The notes: a model not told the origin generated them from the sequence alone. 59,968 nt of DNA from a virus (IMGVR_UViG_3300045738_001464:1-59968); one strand, 5' to 3'; positions 25,649-35,610 are shown, counted from the first letter of the stretch. Numbers and translations are program-made.

Positions 25649-28600
25649 TTAGTCCTCTACCGCAAACGCAGCGACACAATCTCCTGATTCGCTTCCAAAA
25701 CTTTTAATTGCCAACAGCCCTATTTTTCCAGAGGGTAATGAAGTTGGCGATTCCCCTACAAAATGAATTCCAGCATTTCCACTACAGAAAGTAAAATCTC
25801 TATATACTTGCGCTCCAGAAACCCTAAGTAAAACTTCGGCTCCTTCTGATATATTTTGAACTAAAAGTCCCGTGGCATCACCAGACAAAATCAACTTTTG
25901 AGAAGATAATCCTGCCATATCCACCACTAAAAACCCGGTAGTTGCAAAAACTCCGCTATCGTAAATCTCATCTCTGAAGTTGCCGCTTAAATAAAGAGTT
26001 CCCTCGCCTGTCGTCGAGGCAGCGCTAAATGTTAATCCGGTTTCTGCATTTACTTCCCCAGTATTAGCAGCAATTGTAACTAGTCGATTTTCTGCTGGAT
26101 TATGTACGACTAATGCACCATCATTACCTGCCCTTATAAAATTTAAAACTACATCCTCACCATCATTAAATGGTGGATCTGCTGATCCATTAATGGGCGT
26201 TACATCTATCTCAAAATAATCTGTTTGATCCGTAAGACCGTCAACTTGAAAAACGGCAAAAGATGGATCTACAGAATCTTTAGACTGCATGACTAAATGC
26301 CCCTTAACAATTGCATCAGCATCGTCCCACGCAGATAAATAATCTGCTTGAGGTTCGCTATTGGCATCTACGTCATCTATAGAGATTGTAGTTACTAGTG
26401 AGAATACAACATCATCGAAAGCTAAGACTCCGTTACCCGGATCTCCAATAACTACAGTATCATCAAATTTATATTGTAATCCGCCTCTTGGACCGAGCGT
26501 TCCCGAAAGCCCACTAACCCCACTTGGACCTTGTATATTTATAGGGCCAAATGATGCAGGTTCATTCGTTAAAAAGTAAATTCCTGTACCCTCACCAGTA
26601 GCTCCTGTAATGCTTGCGCCAGTAGCGCCAGTAGCCCCCGAAGGTCCGGTTACTCCGATCTCCCCTTTGTTTCCTGTAGGTCCGATAGGGGAGAACGAAG
26701 CGATAACCTCACTACCAAAATCCCATATACTATAAGTCTCATCGCCAGCTTCGCTGAGGACAATCCCCCCCCCATAATAAAAATCTCCTCCAGAAATACC
26801 GCTTGGCTTAAGTCCTATTTCGGTATATCCCACATCTGTACTATTCTCAAATTCGGTAGCGTCACCAGTAACAACAAATGATGCATACTTTAAATTCGCA
26901 GACGTTTTGTCATACACCTTTAGAATGCCTCGGGCATTTTCATTTCCGAAAGCCATAAAAGAGGATGCAAAAGCTTTTACATTCTCACTAGTATCTTCAG
27001 CGCCGAAACTATCCCAAGACAGTGCCACTCCTGTCGCATATTGAAGTTGGGCTCCATCACCAGTACTTGCGTCTGTAAAAAACTTTATTTGGGTTCGTTT
27101 AAAGCCTTCATACCCAAAATAACTTTCAACCATATCCGATGGATCGGTTCCAGTTTGTAACTCGTAACTATGAGCATAGCCTCCAAATTGACCTATCATG
27201 CCACTACCAACAGGGGAGTGCACCAAGGCAACCATAATATTACCCCAACCATCATTTTCAGGTGAGTCTCCACCTTCAGAGACAAAACCCACATCCAATG
27301 TAATATAGCCCCTGTCTGCTCCTGCGTCATATCCCTCCCCGTGAACACCGTTGATCTTAAATTGACCGAAATTGTCTGGTTTTCTTGGATCATACATTTT
27401 GATCCGTGCATTAACGTAATCCGACAAACTGGTAGTCCAACCAGAAACTGGTGCTCCATCATAATCGTAAAAATCAAGATATATTTCTGTCACTATAGAA
27501 AGTGGTCCAGTATCATTATATGATAAACCTCCAGCCGATGGGGGCGTACCTTGAGCACCATCGTGAACGAAGTATCTGTAGTCACCGCCAGCAGTACCTA
27601 TTCTTCCCGCTTGGGAATAGGAAATTCCCATTGTGTCACCACTTATAAAATCTGCAAGAGGGAATCCAAGATTATCATCTACATATCCCACCGGAATAAC
27701 TCTATAATCGGGACTTGAAGAATCGTCGTTGTATATGTCTCCTGTTATGTCCCATGTTGAATATATTTTTGAATTTCCTAGGTTAAATATTCTAAGTCTT
27801 CCACGAGACTCTTCGGAACGAAAGCCATAAGTTCCACCCAGAGAATCTAGCCATCCTGTTGAAACGTCGTATTTTTCTGCTCCGCTATTACTAATACATA
27901 ATCCAGTAACATATCCCAGATTGACATCTCCCGGATTTATGCCGTCTTTGTGATGATAACTAAAGCGTCCTGTTCCCGGATCTAATTGTTGGTTTGCTTT
28001 AATCCCCATAGGGTCATCTGGATCAACACCAGTACCGTGATAAATCCAAGAATGAGTATCACCACCGAATATTCCAGTAGGCCCAACTAGTCCCTTATCT
28101 CCCGTGTTCCCCTTGTTTCCCATAGGAGTAAATGAAGCAATTACCTCATCGCCATGAGTCCATATATTATAGGTTTCGCCATAATTATCATTTGGATAAT
28201 GCTTACCTTCCGTGAAGTTGCCACTTACCCCAACGATAGTATATACTCCCTCTCCACCTTTCACTGAATAATCTGGCACTAAACCAGTAATGAGAAATGG
28301 CGCGAATATCAAATTCGTATTATTTATATCATATATTTTTAAAATGCCTCGACCAGTTTCGGTTCCGAAAGTCATGAAAGTTTCTGCAAAGCCCCTAGTA
28401 TTGTCTAATGTCAAACCAGCATTATAACTTTGCCAAGCGATAGCTATACCTGTGGCATTTTGAACTTGAGCTCCGTCGCCAGTACTTGTGTCGGTAAGGA
28501 TTTTTATATCTCCCATACTAAACCCATACAGGTCTAGATTAGTTGGATCGGTTCCAGTGTTTATTGAGAAGGTGAAAGAATACCCACCGGGTTCACCATC

Positions 28601-30670
28601 AAGACCGCTTCCAGCAGGAGCGTGACTCAGAACAACTGGTGAACCTAATCCAATTTCATAACCATCGAATCCACCATGAGAGACATACTCTACGTTTAGC
28701 CTGATGAAATCGTTTGCTTCGATATGGGAATCAACAATTTTGTATTGGCCAAAAATCTTTGGGTTTTCTTCACTATAGATTTTAAGTCTTCCATAGACAG
28801 GTGATGATAAACTGGTAGCCCAACCGGAAGCTTCTGCTCCATAATAATCATAAAAGTCAACACCTATAGTATCAACCCCACCCCAACCATTATAATTTAC
28901 TCCTATGTGTCCTAGGCCGGGATCGTCAGTCACTGATACACCACCTGCCCACTTGAAGAGTCTACTGTCGCCACCATGACCTCCCGCTGCTCCCGCCTGT
29001 GTAAAGGAAACTCCAATTTCGTCTCCGCTTGCAAAATTTGCATTATGAAATCCATTATAACTATCTACATACCTTACTGGAACTTGTTTGTAATCGTACC
29101 CTTCTAATATGTCTCCTGTTACATCAAATATTGAAAATGAATTTTGATTACCTATATTAAACAACCTGAGTCTTCCACGACTACTCACAGAAGAACGGTA
29201 ATGATCTTCATAGCTTCCGGTATTCCCATCCAAACTATTAAGCCATCCTGAAGTCCCAGCGCCTAGATTATAACTTCCTTCTCCGCTGTTGTTAAAAAAT
29301 AATCCGGTAACATTTTGTATTACTTGGGTTCCTTTTATCGCGTAAACAAAACGCCCTGTTCCGGGATCTGTTGGATTAACACCAGTACCTTTATAAATCC
29401 AAACATGAGTATCACCACCGAATATTCCAGTGGGTCCAATGATTCCGGTAGCCCCACTTGGACCCTGTATATTTATTGGGCCAAGTGATTCAGGTTTATT
29501 CGTTAAAAAGTAAGTCCCAGTACCACCGCCAGTGACTCCGGTAACGTGATATCCCGTAGCTCCCGTGGGGCCTGTTGGACCTGTTATTCCCGTAGCCCCA
29601 CTTGGACCCTGTATATTTATAGGACCAAGTGATTCGGGTTTATTCGTTAAAAAGTAAGTCCCAGTGCCACCGCCAGTAACCCCGGTAACGTGATACCCAG
29701 TTCCTTCTGCGCCAGTAGCTCCCGAAGGCCCCGTTGCTCCATCTGAGCCAACATATCCATCAGCACCCCTAGCGCCAGTAGCTCCCGAAGGTCCAGTAGG
29801 TCCAGCAGGTCCTGTTTCACCCGTTGCGCCCGTTGCGCCTGTCGCGCCGTCCGAACCAACATATCCATCAGCGCCAGTCGGTCCTGCGGGTCCAGTATCA
29901 CCAACAGCGCCAGTCGGTCCCGTTGCTGCGGGAGCAAAAGTTACAACCAAATCTTCATTGTTTAAAAATGAGTCACTATGAGTTATATAAAAAACCCTTA
30001 GAAGAACAAAACCACTTTTGTTTATGTTTGTATTTATTATTTTGACAACGATGAATTTATTAGGGTCGTCTACTGAAAATATTTTTACTCTTGAGCCTAT
30101 AACGTCATCAAGCGAAGCAAGCCATGCGGTTATGTTATCTGATGCCGCATCAAGGTTATCTATATAAATTTGAGTTACGCTTGAGTAAGTAGAATTATTA
30201 AATGCTACCTTTGAAGTCCCCGGATCACTGCCATCTATAGCCGTATTAAACTTGAATAGAAAACTATCACCACCAGCACGACCAGTTTCTCCAGTAGATC
30301 CACCGGGTCCAGTTGGACCCGCGACACCAGTAGCCCCTGAAGGTCCCGTAGGGCCTGTAGGGCCTGTTGCGCCACTCCCTGTGACACCAGTAGCCCCCGA
30401 AGGTCCAGTGGGTCCCGTAGGGCCTGTTGCGCCACTTCCTGTGGCTCCTGAAGGCCCCGTAGGGCCTGTAGGACCCGTAGGACCCGTAGGACCCGCAGGT
30501 CCACCGGGACCTTGAGTGCCTCTGAAAACGGCATCTACCTGAGCAGAATCAGGAGCGGTGATTGAGGCCGAAGTATCTTTAGAGGTAACGTCAACAAACG
30601 CACTTCCCCGCACTTCTATGCTTGAGGATGTGCCGCCTGAAATTGTTACATCTACATTAGTTTCGGCCAT
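25649..30670 (-). CDS. Collagen-like tail fibre protein (1673 aa)
   Basis: Long Gly-X-Y tracts (GPT/GAT) interspersed with repeated beta-rich modules. Confidence 0.85.
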   Translation of the reverse strand: MAETNVDVTISGGTSSSIEVRGSAFVDVTSKDTSASITAPDSAQVDAVFRGTQGPGGPAGPTGPTGPTGPTGPSGATGSGATGPTGPTGPSGATGVTGSGATGPTGPTGPSGATGVAGPTGPGGSTGETGRAGGDSFLFKFNTAIDGSDPGTSKVAFNNSTYSSVTQIYIDNLDAASDNITAWLASLDDVIGSRVKIFSVDDPNKFIVVKIINTNINKSGFVLLRVFYITHSDSFLNNEDLVVTFAPAATGPTGAVGDTGPAGPTGADGYVGSDGATGATGATGETGPAGPTGPSGATGARGADGYVGSDGATGPSGATGAEGTGYHVTGVTGGGTGTYFLTNKPESLGPINIQGPSGATGITGPTGPTGATGYHVTGVTGGGTGTYFLTNKPESLGPINIQGPSGATGIIGPTGIFGGDTHVWIYKGTGVNPTDPGTGRFVYAIKGTQVIQNVTGLFFNNSGEGSYNLGAGTSGWLNSLDGNTGSYEDHYRSSVSSRGRLRLFNIGNQNSFSIFDVTGDILEGYDYKQVPVRYVDSYNGFHNANFASGDEIGVSFTQAGAAGGHGGDSRLFKWAGGVSVTDDPGLGHIGVNYNGWGGVDTIGVDFYDYYGAEASGWATSLSSPVYGRLKIYSEENPKIFGQYKIVDSHIEANDFIRLNVEYVSHGGFDGYEIGLGSPVVLSHAPAGSGLDGEPGGYSFTFSINTGTDPTNLDLYGFSMGDIKILTDTSTGDGAQVQNATGIAIAWQSYNAGLTLDNTRGFAETFMTFGTETGRGILKIYDINNTNLIFAPFLITGLVPDYSVKGGEGVYTIVGVSGNFTEGKHYPNDNYGETYNIWTHGDEVIASFTPMGNKGNTGDKGLVGPTGIFGGDTHSWIYHGTGVDPDDPMGIKANQQLDPGTGRFSYHHKDGINPGDVNLGYVTGLCISNSGAEKYDVSTGWLDSLGGTYGFRSEESRGRLRIFNLGNSKIYSTWDITGDIYNDDSSSPDYRVIPVGYVDDNLGFPLADFISGDTMGISYSQAGRIGTAGGDYRYFVHDGAQGTPPSAGGLSYNDTGPLSIVTEIYLDFYDYDGAPVSGWTTSLSDYVNARIKMYDPRKPDNFGQFKINGVHGEGYDAGADRGYITLDVGFVSEGGDSPENDGWGNIMVALVHSPVGSGMIGQFGGYAHSYELQTGTDPSDMVESYFGYEGFKRTQIKFFTDASTGDGAQLQYATGVALSWDSFGAEDTSENVKAFASSFMAFGNENARGILKVYDKTSANLKYASFVVTGDATEFENSTDVGYTEIGLKPSGISGGDFYYGGGIVLSEAGDETYSIWDFGSEVIASFSPIGPTGNKGEIGVTGPSGATGATGASITGATGEGTGIYFLTNEPASFGPINIQGPSGVSGLSGTLGPRGGLQYKFDDTVVIGDPGNGVLAFDDVVFSLVTTISIDDVDANSEPQADYLSAWDDADAIVKGHLVMQSKDSVDPSFAVFQVDGLTDQTDYFEIDVTPINGSADPPFNDGEDVVLNFIRAGNDGALVVHNPAENRLVTIAANTGEVNAETGLTFSAASTTGEGTLYLSGNFRDEIYDSGVFATTGFLVVDMAGLSSQKLILSGDATGLLVQNISEGAEVLLRVSGAQVYRDFTFCSGNAGIHFVGESPTSLPSGKIGLLAIKSFGSESGDCVAAFAVED
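26680..29701 (-). repeat. Internal duplications in the fibre gene (~450-codon block x2; ~38-codon block x2)
   Basis: atgagtatcaccaccgaatattccagt at 29405 and 28052 (offset 1353 nt); near-identical 29445-29557 and 29589-29701 (offset 144 nt). Confidence 0.85.
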
Positions 30671-31056
30671 TATGACATTGAAGTTGTAACTTCGGGAATA
30701 ACATTAATGTAACCCCTAGCTACTTTCTGAACGTTCCAATCTCCGGAAGAGGCAGGAACAGTTTCATACTTTTCAATATCGTATACGCCTTGGACGATGG
30801 GAAGGCCAGAGGTTACGTCAGGTCTGAGGTAAATATCAATAAAACCACTGGCTCCGAGAGTAAGGTCTGAACCATAGCCAGAAATTACCTTTGGATTAAG
30901 ATCTAGAAGAACGCTTCCTGTTCCATATCTAAATTTAGCTACTCCACGAGCAGAATAGCCGCTTAAATTAATTGGAATATCACTGTCGTCTTTTACCTTA
31001 AACCTTATATCCAGAGTAGACCCTTGATTTATGTCGATGTTGTAAGTGGTTGCCAT
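30670..31056 (-). CDS. BppU-like/Ig-fold fibre attachment protein
   Basis: YNIDINQGST...PINLSGYSARG...GVYDIE...RGYINVIPEVT, a common phage fibre-adjacent pattern. Confidence 0.65.
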   Translation of the reverse strand: MATTYNIDINQGSTLDIRFKVKDDSDIPINLSGYSARGVAKFRYGTGSVLLDLNPKVISGYGSDLTLGASGFIDIYLRPDVTSGLPIVQGVYDIEKYETVPASSGDWNVQKVARGYINVIPEVTTSMS

Positions 31057-31068
31057 ACCGTTTATTCA

Positions 31069-31082
31069 TTACACGATTACAC
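31069..31082 (-). promoter_or_regulatory. Tandem GTGTAA motifs
   Basis: CGTGTAATCGTGTAAT ending about 12 nt before ATG 31056. Confidence 0.65.
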
Positions 31083-31107
31083 GACGAGAAACCCAACCTT
31101 GTATTAT

Positions 31108-31521
31108 TTAACGCCCCTCTTCTAAAATTCTTCTAATATGGGAAGGCAAATTTTCAATGTTGTTATTTGGATTTCTCTGCATCTTGGGAACTTGATAACC
31201 GTAGACATGACGCCTAAACTCATCGAGCAACCGTACTTCTAGCCGTTCTCTATCCCCAGTAGGGACAATGCCCAATGTACTTGCATGGGTTTCCAAATCG
31301 GTTCTTCCCATTTCGTCTAATTGTTTTAAATATACCTTTTCATCCATAGTGTCGTATTTAGACATGCCGTCATCACCCCAAATTTGGTCAAGAGTACTTG
31401 GCTCAAAGTTTTCCTCTTTGCCGTGAGTTTGCTCCATGTCGCTAATTTTTGGCTTCTTGGAAGCTTTCACAGATTTTTTAGGGGTCTTTTTCACAGTTTT
31501 TTTCTTTGTTTTTTTATTCAT
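31108..31521 (-). CDS. Hypothetical protein with Lys-rich N-terminus
   Basis: Probable start MNKKTKKK (31521) or MDIV (31533); downstream of the capsid gene. Confidence 0.65.
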   Translation of the reverse strand: MNKKTKKKTVKKTPKKSVKASKKPKISDMEQTHGKEENFEPSTLDQIWGDDGMSKYDTMDEKVYLKQLDEMGRTDLETHASTLGIVPTGDRERLEVRLLDEFRRHVYGYQVPKMQRNPNNNIENLPSHIRRILEEGR

Positions 31522-31557
31522 AACTATATCCATTTTAATTATTATAACCCATAAAAC

Positions 31558-31590
31558 CAAAAAACCCAAGGGGAAAGTCCCCTTGGGCTT
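31558..31590 (-). terminator. Rho-independent terminator after major capsid gene
   Basis: CCCAAGGGGA-CTT-TCCCCTTGGG followed by a T-tract on the minus strand. Confidence 0.85.
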
Positions 31591-31608
31591 AGGTTAATCA
31601 TTTAATGA

Positions 31609-32784
31609 TTAGGCAAGTACGAGACCGCACACTGCACGACCATCAAGGAGAAGTCTACCCTCTTCAAGAGAGCCGTAGAATCCAGCCTTTTCGGAACGAG
31701 TTGCGTACCATTGGTCATCTGGCAGCGCAATAAATGTGCCACCAGTGTCAGCATCACGAGCAACCGGACGGATAAATGCGTCACGGCCCAAGTCGAGACC
31801 AACCATTACTTCATTAGTCGCGGTAGCGAAGTCAGACAAGCTGTTGCCACCAGCGAGGTTAGTCGCAGCAACACCAACGGTGTCAAAGAACGTCTCAAAG
31901 AGAGCGTTATAACGTTGACTCTTACCAAGTTCAATCAACTCATGAATGCCCACTCCGTAGATCGATTCCATGCCAGCAGCACCCCAAATGGCCATACGAG
32001 CCGCATCGGGCATGTTCTGGGCATTTGCAGCATCTGCGGCAGCATCTGTGCGAATTGCGTTATAAGCGAATGCGCGAACTTGAGCCTTTACCTCTGGGGA
32101 AACCCACAGGTCAGTCAAGCCACGAGCATTATAGTCAGCAGGAGTACCGCCAGCAAAGCCAACGTTTACTCTCTTCATTCTGACCATAAGATCATTAAGA
32201 TCTTGAAGAACGAACTTCGAAGTAGCACCATCTTGATTTGAGGTCAAAACATGGCGCAAAGCACCACTAGTACTAGCAGTCGAGGAACGACCATTTAGAC
32301 TAGCAGCCTCAGCGAGACCCTTCATGATTACTGACCAAGCATTTCTTTCTTGCTTAATCAGAACCTCTTGAGCCATTCGCTCTACGGCCTTGCTTACCAC
32401 GTCAAGGCGAGCCTTACGAGCGTACTTCTTGTGAAGATGTACGGCACTATCTAAGCGATAGGTCATAACCTTCAACTCTTGTACAGGAACATGGGCATCG
32501 GAGCTTGGTAGGCCACCAGCCATATTCTGTTGCCATACACTAATAAATCCCTTATCAGTGTTGTAATACAAGTCGAGAGGATAGCTTGGATTGTCGTCCT
32601 GATCAAATTCAGAATCGGCATAAATGGCGCTGGAAGTTCCAGCCTCATTCAAAACCTTGCTTACGACAGGGCCAATAAAAGCAGCGAATGCTTCATTAGC
32701 TTCCCGAGAAACAGCAGCGTTTCGCGAGCCCAAAGCTTTAATCAACTCTACTTGTTCTGGAGTATTCTTTAATTTTAGTTTCAT
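31609..32784 (-). CDS. Major capsid protein (HK97 fold inferred)
   Basis: 391 aa after protease-scaffold and decoration genes, followed by a strong terminator; ARLDVVSKAVERMAQEVLIKQE spine-helix-like segment. Confidence 0.82.
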   Translation of the reverse strand: MKLKLKNTPEQVELIKALGSRNAAVSREANEAFAAFIGPVVSKVLNEAGTSSAIYADSEFDQDDNPSYPLDLYYNTDKGFISVWQQNMAGGLPSSDAHVPVQELKVMTYRLDSAVHLHKKYARKARLDVVSKAVERMAQEVLIKQERNAWSVIMKGLAEAASLNGRSSTASTSGALRHVLTSNQDGATSKFVLQDLNDLMVRMKRVNVGFAGGTPADYNARGLTDLWVSPEVKAQVRAFAYNAIRTDAAADAANAQNMPDAARMAIWGAAGMESIYGVGIHELIELGKSQRYNALFETFFDTVGVAATNLAGGNSLSDFATATNEVMVGLDLGRDAFIRPVARDADTGGTFIALPDDQWYATRSEKAGFYGSLEEGRLLLDGRAVCGLVLA

Positions 32785-32811
32785 TATAATCCTTTTTAGT
32801 AAAGTGTTAAT

Positions 32812-33375
32812 TTAGAGTTCTAGTTTAATTAAAGCGTAGCCATCGGAATCACTTGATCCGAGAACTTTACCTACTACGAAACCAGCGCTGTCATCATTAT
32901 ATTGAATGATTTCGCCACTGTCTCCAGCATAAAGCTTCTGACCAGCAGTAACTGTACCGATTGAGTCTCCTGTGTACAGGAGGACGCCTCTTGTAAGAAC
33001 TGGTACTGTTTGACCGCTGAGAGCAACTTCCATCTCTGCGGCCTTACGGGGGTTAAATTTCAAGAGTTCACCGTTCTCATCAACTTCAGCGACGCTATGG
33101 AGTAATACTCCAAGAGCTACGTTGCCCGAAGAAGTTACAGCAACCTTAGCGGTTGTGCCGTAACGTTGAGATACAGTTCCGTTGTAAGAAGCTCCGGGGG
33201 AACCTAACATCTCTGTTGGGTCATCGGTATTCTTCCAACCATCACCTTGAACCTTTACGAGCGTTCCCTTTGGAACGTCCGTGCCAGCGACGATGCTAAT
33301 TGCTCCACTATAAGCGTAGAGATTAACAACATCGTGTTCATCATATACTCTGAATGGTTTTAGATTAATAGCCAT
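32812..33375 (-). CDS. Capsid decoration/cement protein
   Basis: Beta-tulip-like signatures (VPVLTRGV, VTAGQKLYAG, VVGKVLG) directly upstream of the capsid gene. Confidence 0.7.
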   Translation of the reverse strand: MAINLKPFRVYDEHDVVNLYAYSGAISIVAGTDVPKGTLVKVQGDGWKNTDDPTEMLGSPGASYNGTVSQRYGTTAKVAVTSSGNVALGVLLHSVAEVDENGELLKFNPRKAAEMEVALSGQTVPVLTRGVLLYTGDSIGTVTAGQKLYAGDSGEIIQYNDDSAGFVVGKVLGSSDSDGYALIKLEL

Positions 33376-33418
33376 AATTTTTTCCTATTGTTTATTATTA
33401 AATCTTTCTTTGTTGTCG

Positions 33419-34108
33419 TTACTTTTGAATCCAATTCTCTGGACTAAAAGCTTGTTCATATTTCTCGAAGACAGTCGGCTCTTCAGCCCCTGCCGAAACA
33501 GGAAGATCAGAAGCTTCAGTTTCAGAAGAATCAATGGCCTCTTCGACCACTTCGGAAGCAGATTTTTCAATCTCTTTAGGAGTTTCCGGAGTCTCTTCGG
33601 AAGCCTTAACTTCCTCTGTCTTTTTGATTTTAGAATTCTCAGTTTCGACTTCAGCTTTCTCGGCCTCAGCAGCTTCTACAATCTCTCTTTTCTTGGAATC
33701 CATAAGGACTTCCATTTTCTTTGAGAAAATTTCGAAATTTTCATCTGACATATCCTTAATCTCGACAGCAAGAACTTCCCGATCTTCATCGGAAAGAACA
33801 TACTCTTCGTCAAGCGAAGTCATTCGATTCACGAATTTAATTTCTGCCTCCTTGGCAGCCGCTTCTTTCTGCAAAGCCTCAAGATCAGCCTTAACCTTCT
33901 CAAGATCTTCGCTGCTGATATCAGCAGACTTCTTAAGAGTGTCAAGTTCTTCCCCAGTGGCTTTCAGCTTGTTTTCTACTTCTTGCGTCTCGGCAAGGTA
34001 CTTCTCAGTAGCTTTGTTCAACTCCTCTTCAATAAAATCAGAGATAGCCGAAGCTGAAAGCTCCTTGAGAGTCTCATCGTTGATGTCTTTTAAGCTTTCT
34101 ATTTTCAT
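33419..34108 (-). CDS. Putative nested in-frame scaffolding protein (229 aa, MKIESLKD...)
   Basis: In-frame ATG at 34108 at the domain boundary, 20 nt downstream of a promoter-like element identical to that of the tail tube gene. Confidence 0.55.
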   Translation of the reverse strand: MKIESLKDINDETLKELSASAISDFIEEELNKATEKYLAETQEVENKLKATGEELDTLKKSADISSEDLEKVKADLEALQKEAAAKEAEIKFVNRMTSLDEEYVLSDEDREVLAVEIKDMSDENFEIFSKKMEVLMDSKKREIVEAAEAEKAEVETENSKIKKTEEVKASEETPETPKEIEKSASEVVEEAIDSSETEASDLPVSAGAEEPTVFEKYEQAFSPENWIQK

Positions 34109-34996
34109 AACGAGTTTCTTTACTTTCTTTACATTTTTTTCATTAGATTGTGAAATGCAATTTTCTTTTTCTTTTATTTTCTTTAATTGTTTCAATTTTT
34201 TTGGATCTTGGATTTCCCCTTCGGTTTTATCCTCTGGTTCGTCTTCAGATTCTTTAGATAAGACAGTAACCCCCTGCACGTCAGCAGCCGGAGTTTCGGT
34301 TAAGCCAATTCCAAGAGGCACAACTTGTCCCACAACCTTACGATAAATATATCTACCATCTTCGGTTTGTCCAGAGCCACCTAGTGCTTTTAAGCATTCT
34401 TTTAGAGCCTCAATTTCCTGCTCATTTGAGACAACAGTTGCAGATTCTATGTTTTTGTCCTCTTTTTCTGCTACAATTAGCTCATAATCGGAAAATCCTA
34501 ACTCCCAGCTTGCACTAATTTTTAAATAGTTTTTACTCGTTGGATCGTTAGATTCTTCGATTACATTAGATAATTCAGGATGTACGATTCTCCAAGCTAC
34601 CCCCCCTAAGGTTATATTAAACGGAGAACTCAAATCTTTTACTTCGTCTTCGCTAAGAGGTTTATCTGTTCCAAACTCGCTGAACCCTGCGACAAGAATT
34701 GTCCCGATTACTCTTTGTCTATTGTGCTCGACATTGATAGGTTTGTTTATAAAAGATTTATAAATCGCTATAGCCGTATTTGTATCAATTGCGTCACCAT
34801 TTCTGTTCACTCTATTTGCGACACAGGCATTAAAAGCTAATGGTAACAGGTCAATTTCTTTACTTGTATCTATATCGGGAACAAATTCTGCGATATCTAG
34901 ATGACTGGCAAGAGCCAAGTACTTATCTTTCTCTTCGGAAACCAAAGGTTTTACAATAGAGCTAAAAATAGTTTTGAACTTAAAATCTTCTTTCAT
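33419..34996 (-). CDS. Prohead protease fused to acidic coiled-coil scaffold
   Basis: NRNGD, KPINVEH, SASWELGF motifs in the N-terminal half; Glu/Lys/Ala coiled coil in the C-terminal half; upstream of capsid genes. Confidence 0.75.
   Translation of the reverse strand: MKEDFKFKTIFSSIVKPLVSEEKDKYLALASHLDIAEFVPDIDTSKEIDLLPLAFNACVANRVNRNGDAIDTNTAIAIYKSFINKPINVEHNRQRVIGTILVAGFSEFGTDKPLSEDEVKDLSSPFNITLGGVAWRIVHPELSNVIEESNDPTSKNYLKISASWELGFSDYELIVAEKEDKNIESATVVSNEQEIEALKECLKALGGSGQTEDGRYIYRKVVGQVVPLGIGLTETPAADVQGVTVLSKESEDEPEDKTEGEIQDPKKLKQLKKIKEKENCISQSNEKNVKKVKKLVMKIESLKDINDETLKELSASAISDFIEEELNKATEKYLAETQEVENKLKATGEELDTLKKSADISSEDLEKVKADLEALQKEAAAKEAEIKFVNRMTSLDEEYVLSDEDREVLAVEIKDMSDENFEIFSKKMEVLMDSKKREIVEAAEAEKAEVETENSKIKKTEEVKASEETPETPKEIEKSASEVVEEAIDSSETEASDLPVSAGAEEPTVFEKYEQAFSPENWIQK
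34129..34159 (-). promoter_or_regulatory. Intragenic bipartite element TGCATTTC-N15-AAATGTAA
   Basis: Both 8-mers and the spacing match 14178-14208. Confidence 0.6.
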
Positions 34997-35006
34997 AATC
35001 TGATAT

Positions 35007-35537
35007 TTAAATTAATGAGTAATAATGATAACCCATTGGTTTATCTTGCAAAAATAATTCATCCAAATTGAAATCCATTACCAAACCGAATTCTTTCGAT
35101 TCTTTCTTTGCTAATTTGATGTCTTCCAGAGAAGGGGCATCGCATAATTCTTTACAATTGTTTTTTACAAAATTGTTCACATGGGCGACTGACCATGTAT
35201 TCTTATTTATACTAGGATCAATATTAGAATCAACCGAAGCCAAACAAAATACTTCCTTAAATCGTTCTAGGGTCATTTTCCTACCATTTTCTTTATTGAA
35301 CTTTTTTCTTTTTCCATCTAGGAATTTTATTATTTTAACGGAATAATCAATAGCTTGTGATTGAGTGGTTATTTTGTCAGAGGCTTCAGGTTTTGCATCC
35401 GGTTTCGTATCGGAGATAACTTCTGCATTTTCTTTTAGCAGGGGTTCTGGACTTGCGTCTTTAGATTCTTTATTAGAGATTTGATTGACCTTAATCCAAA
35501 GGTCTTTGTAATTTCTCTTAGCCCTATTTTTTTCCAT
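35007..35537 (-). CDS. Hypothetical protein
   Basis: 176 aa; GTGTAA at 35565-35570 upstream. Confidence 0.7.
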   Translation of the reverse strand: MEKNRAKRNYKDLWIKVNQISNKESKDASPEPLLKENAEVISDTKPDAKPEASDKITTQSQAIDYSVKIIKFLDGKRKKFNKENGRKMTLERFKEVFCLASVDSNIDPSINKNTWSVAHVNNFVKNNCKELCDAPSLEDIKLAKKESKEFGLVMDFNLDELFLQDKPMGYHYYSLI

Positions 35538-35610
35538 AATGAATACCTAACTAGTCTAGCTATATTACACAAAATTTAACCTAAAATCTTGAAATGTCCA
35601 AAATAAAAAT

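Noticed and set aside
33534-34346. 270-aa Ser-rich + strand ORF
   Set aside because: Mirror of the Glu/Lys-rich scaffold coding strand.
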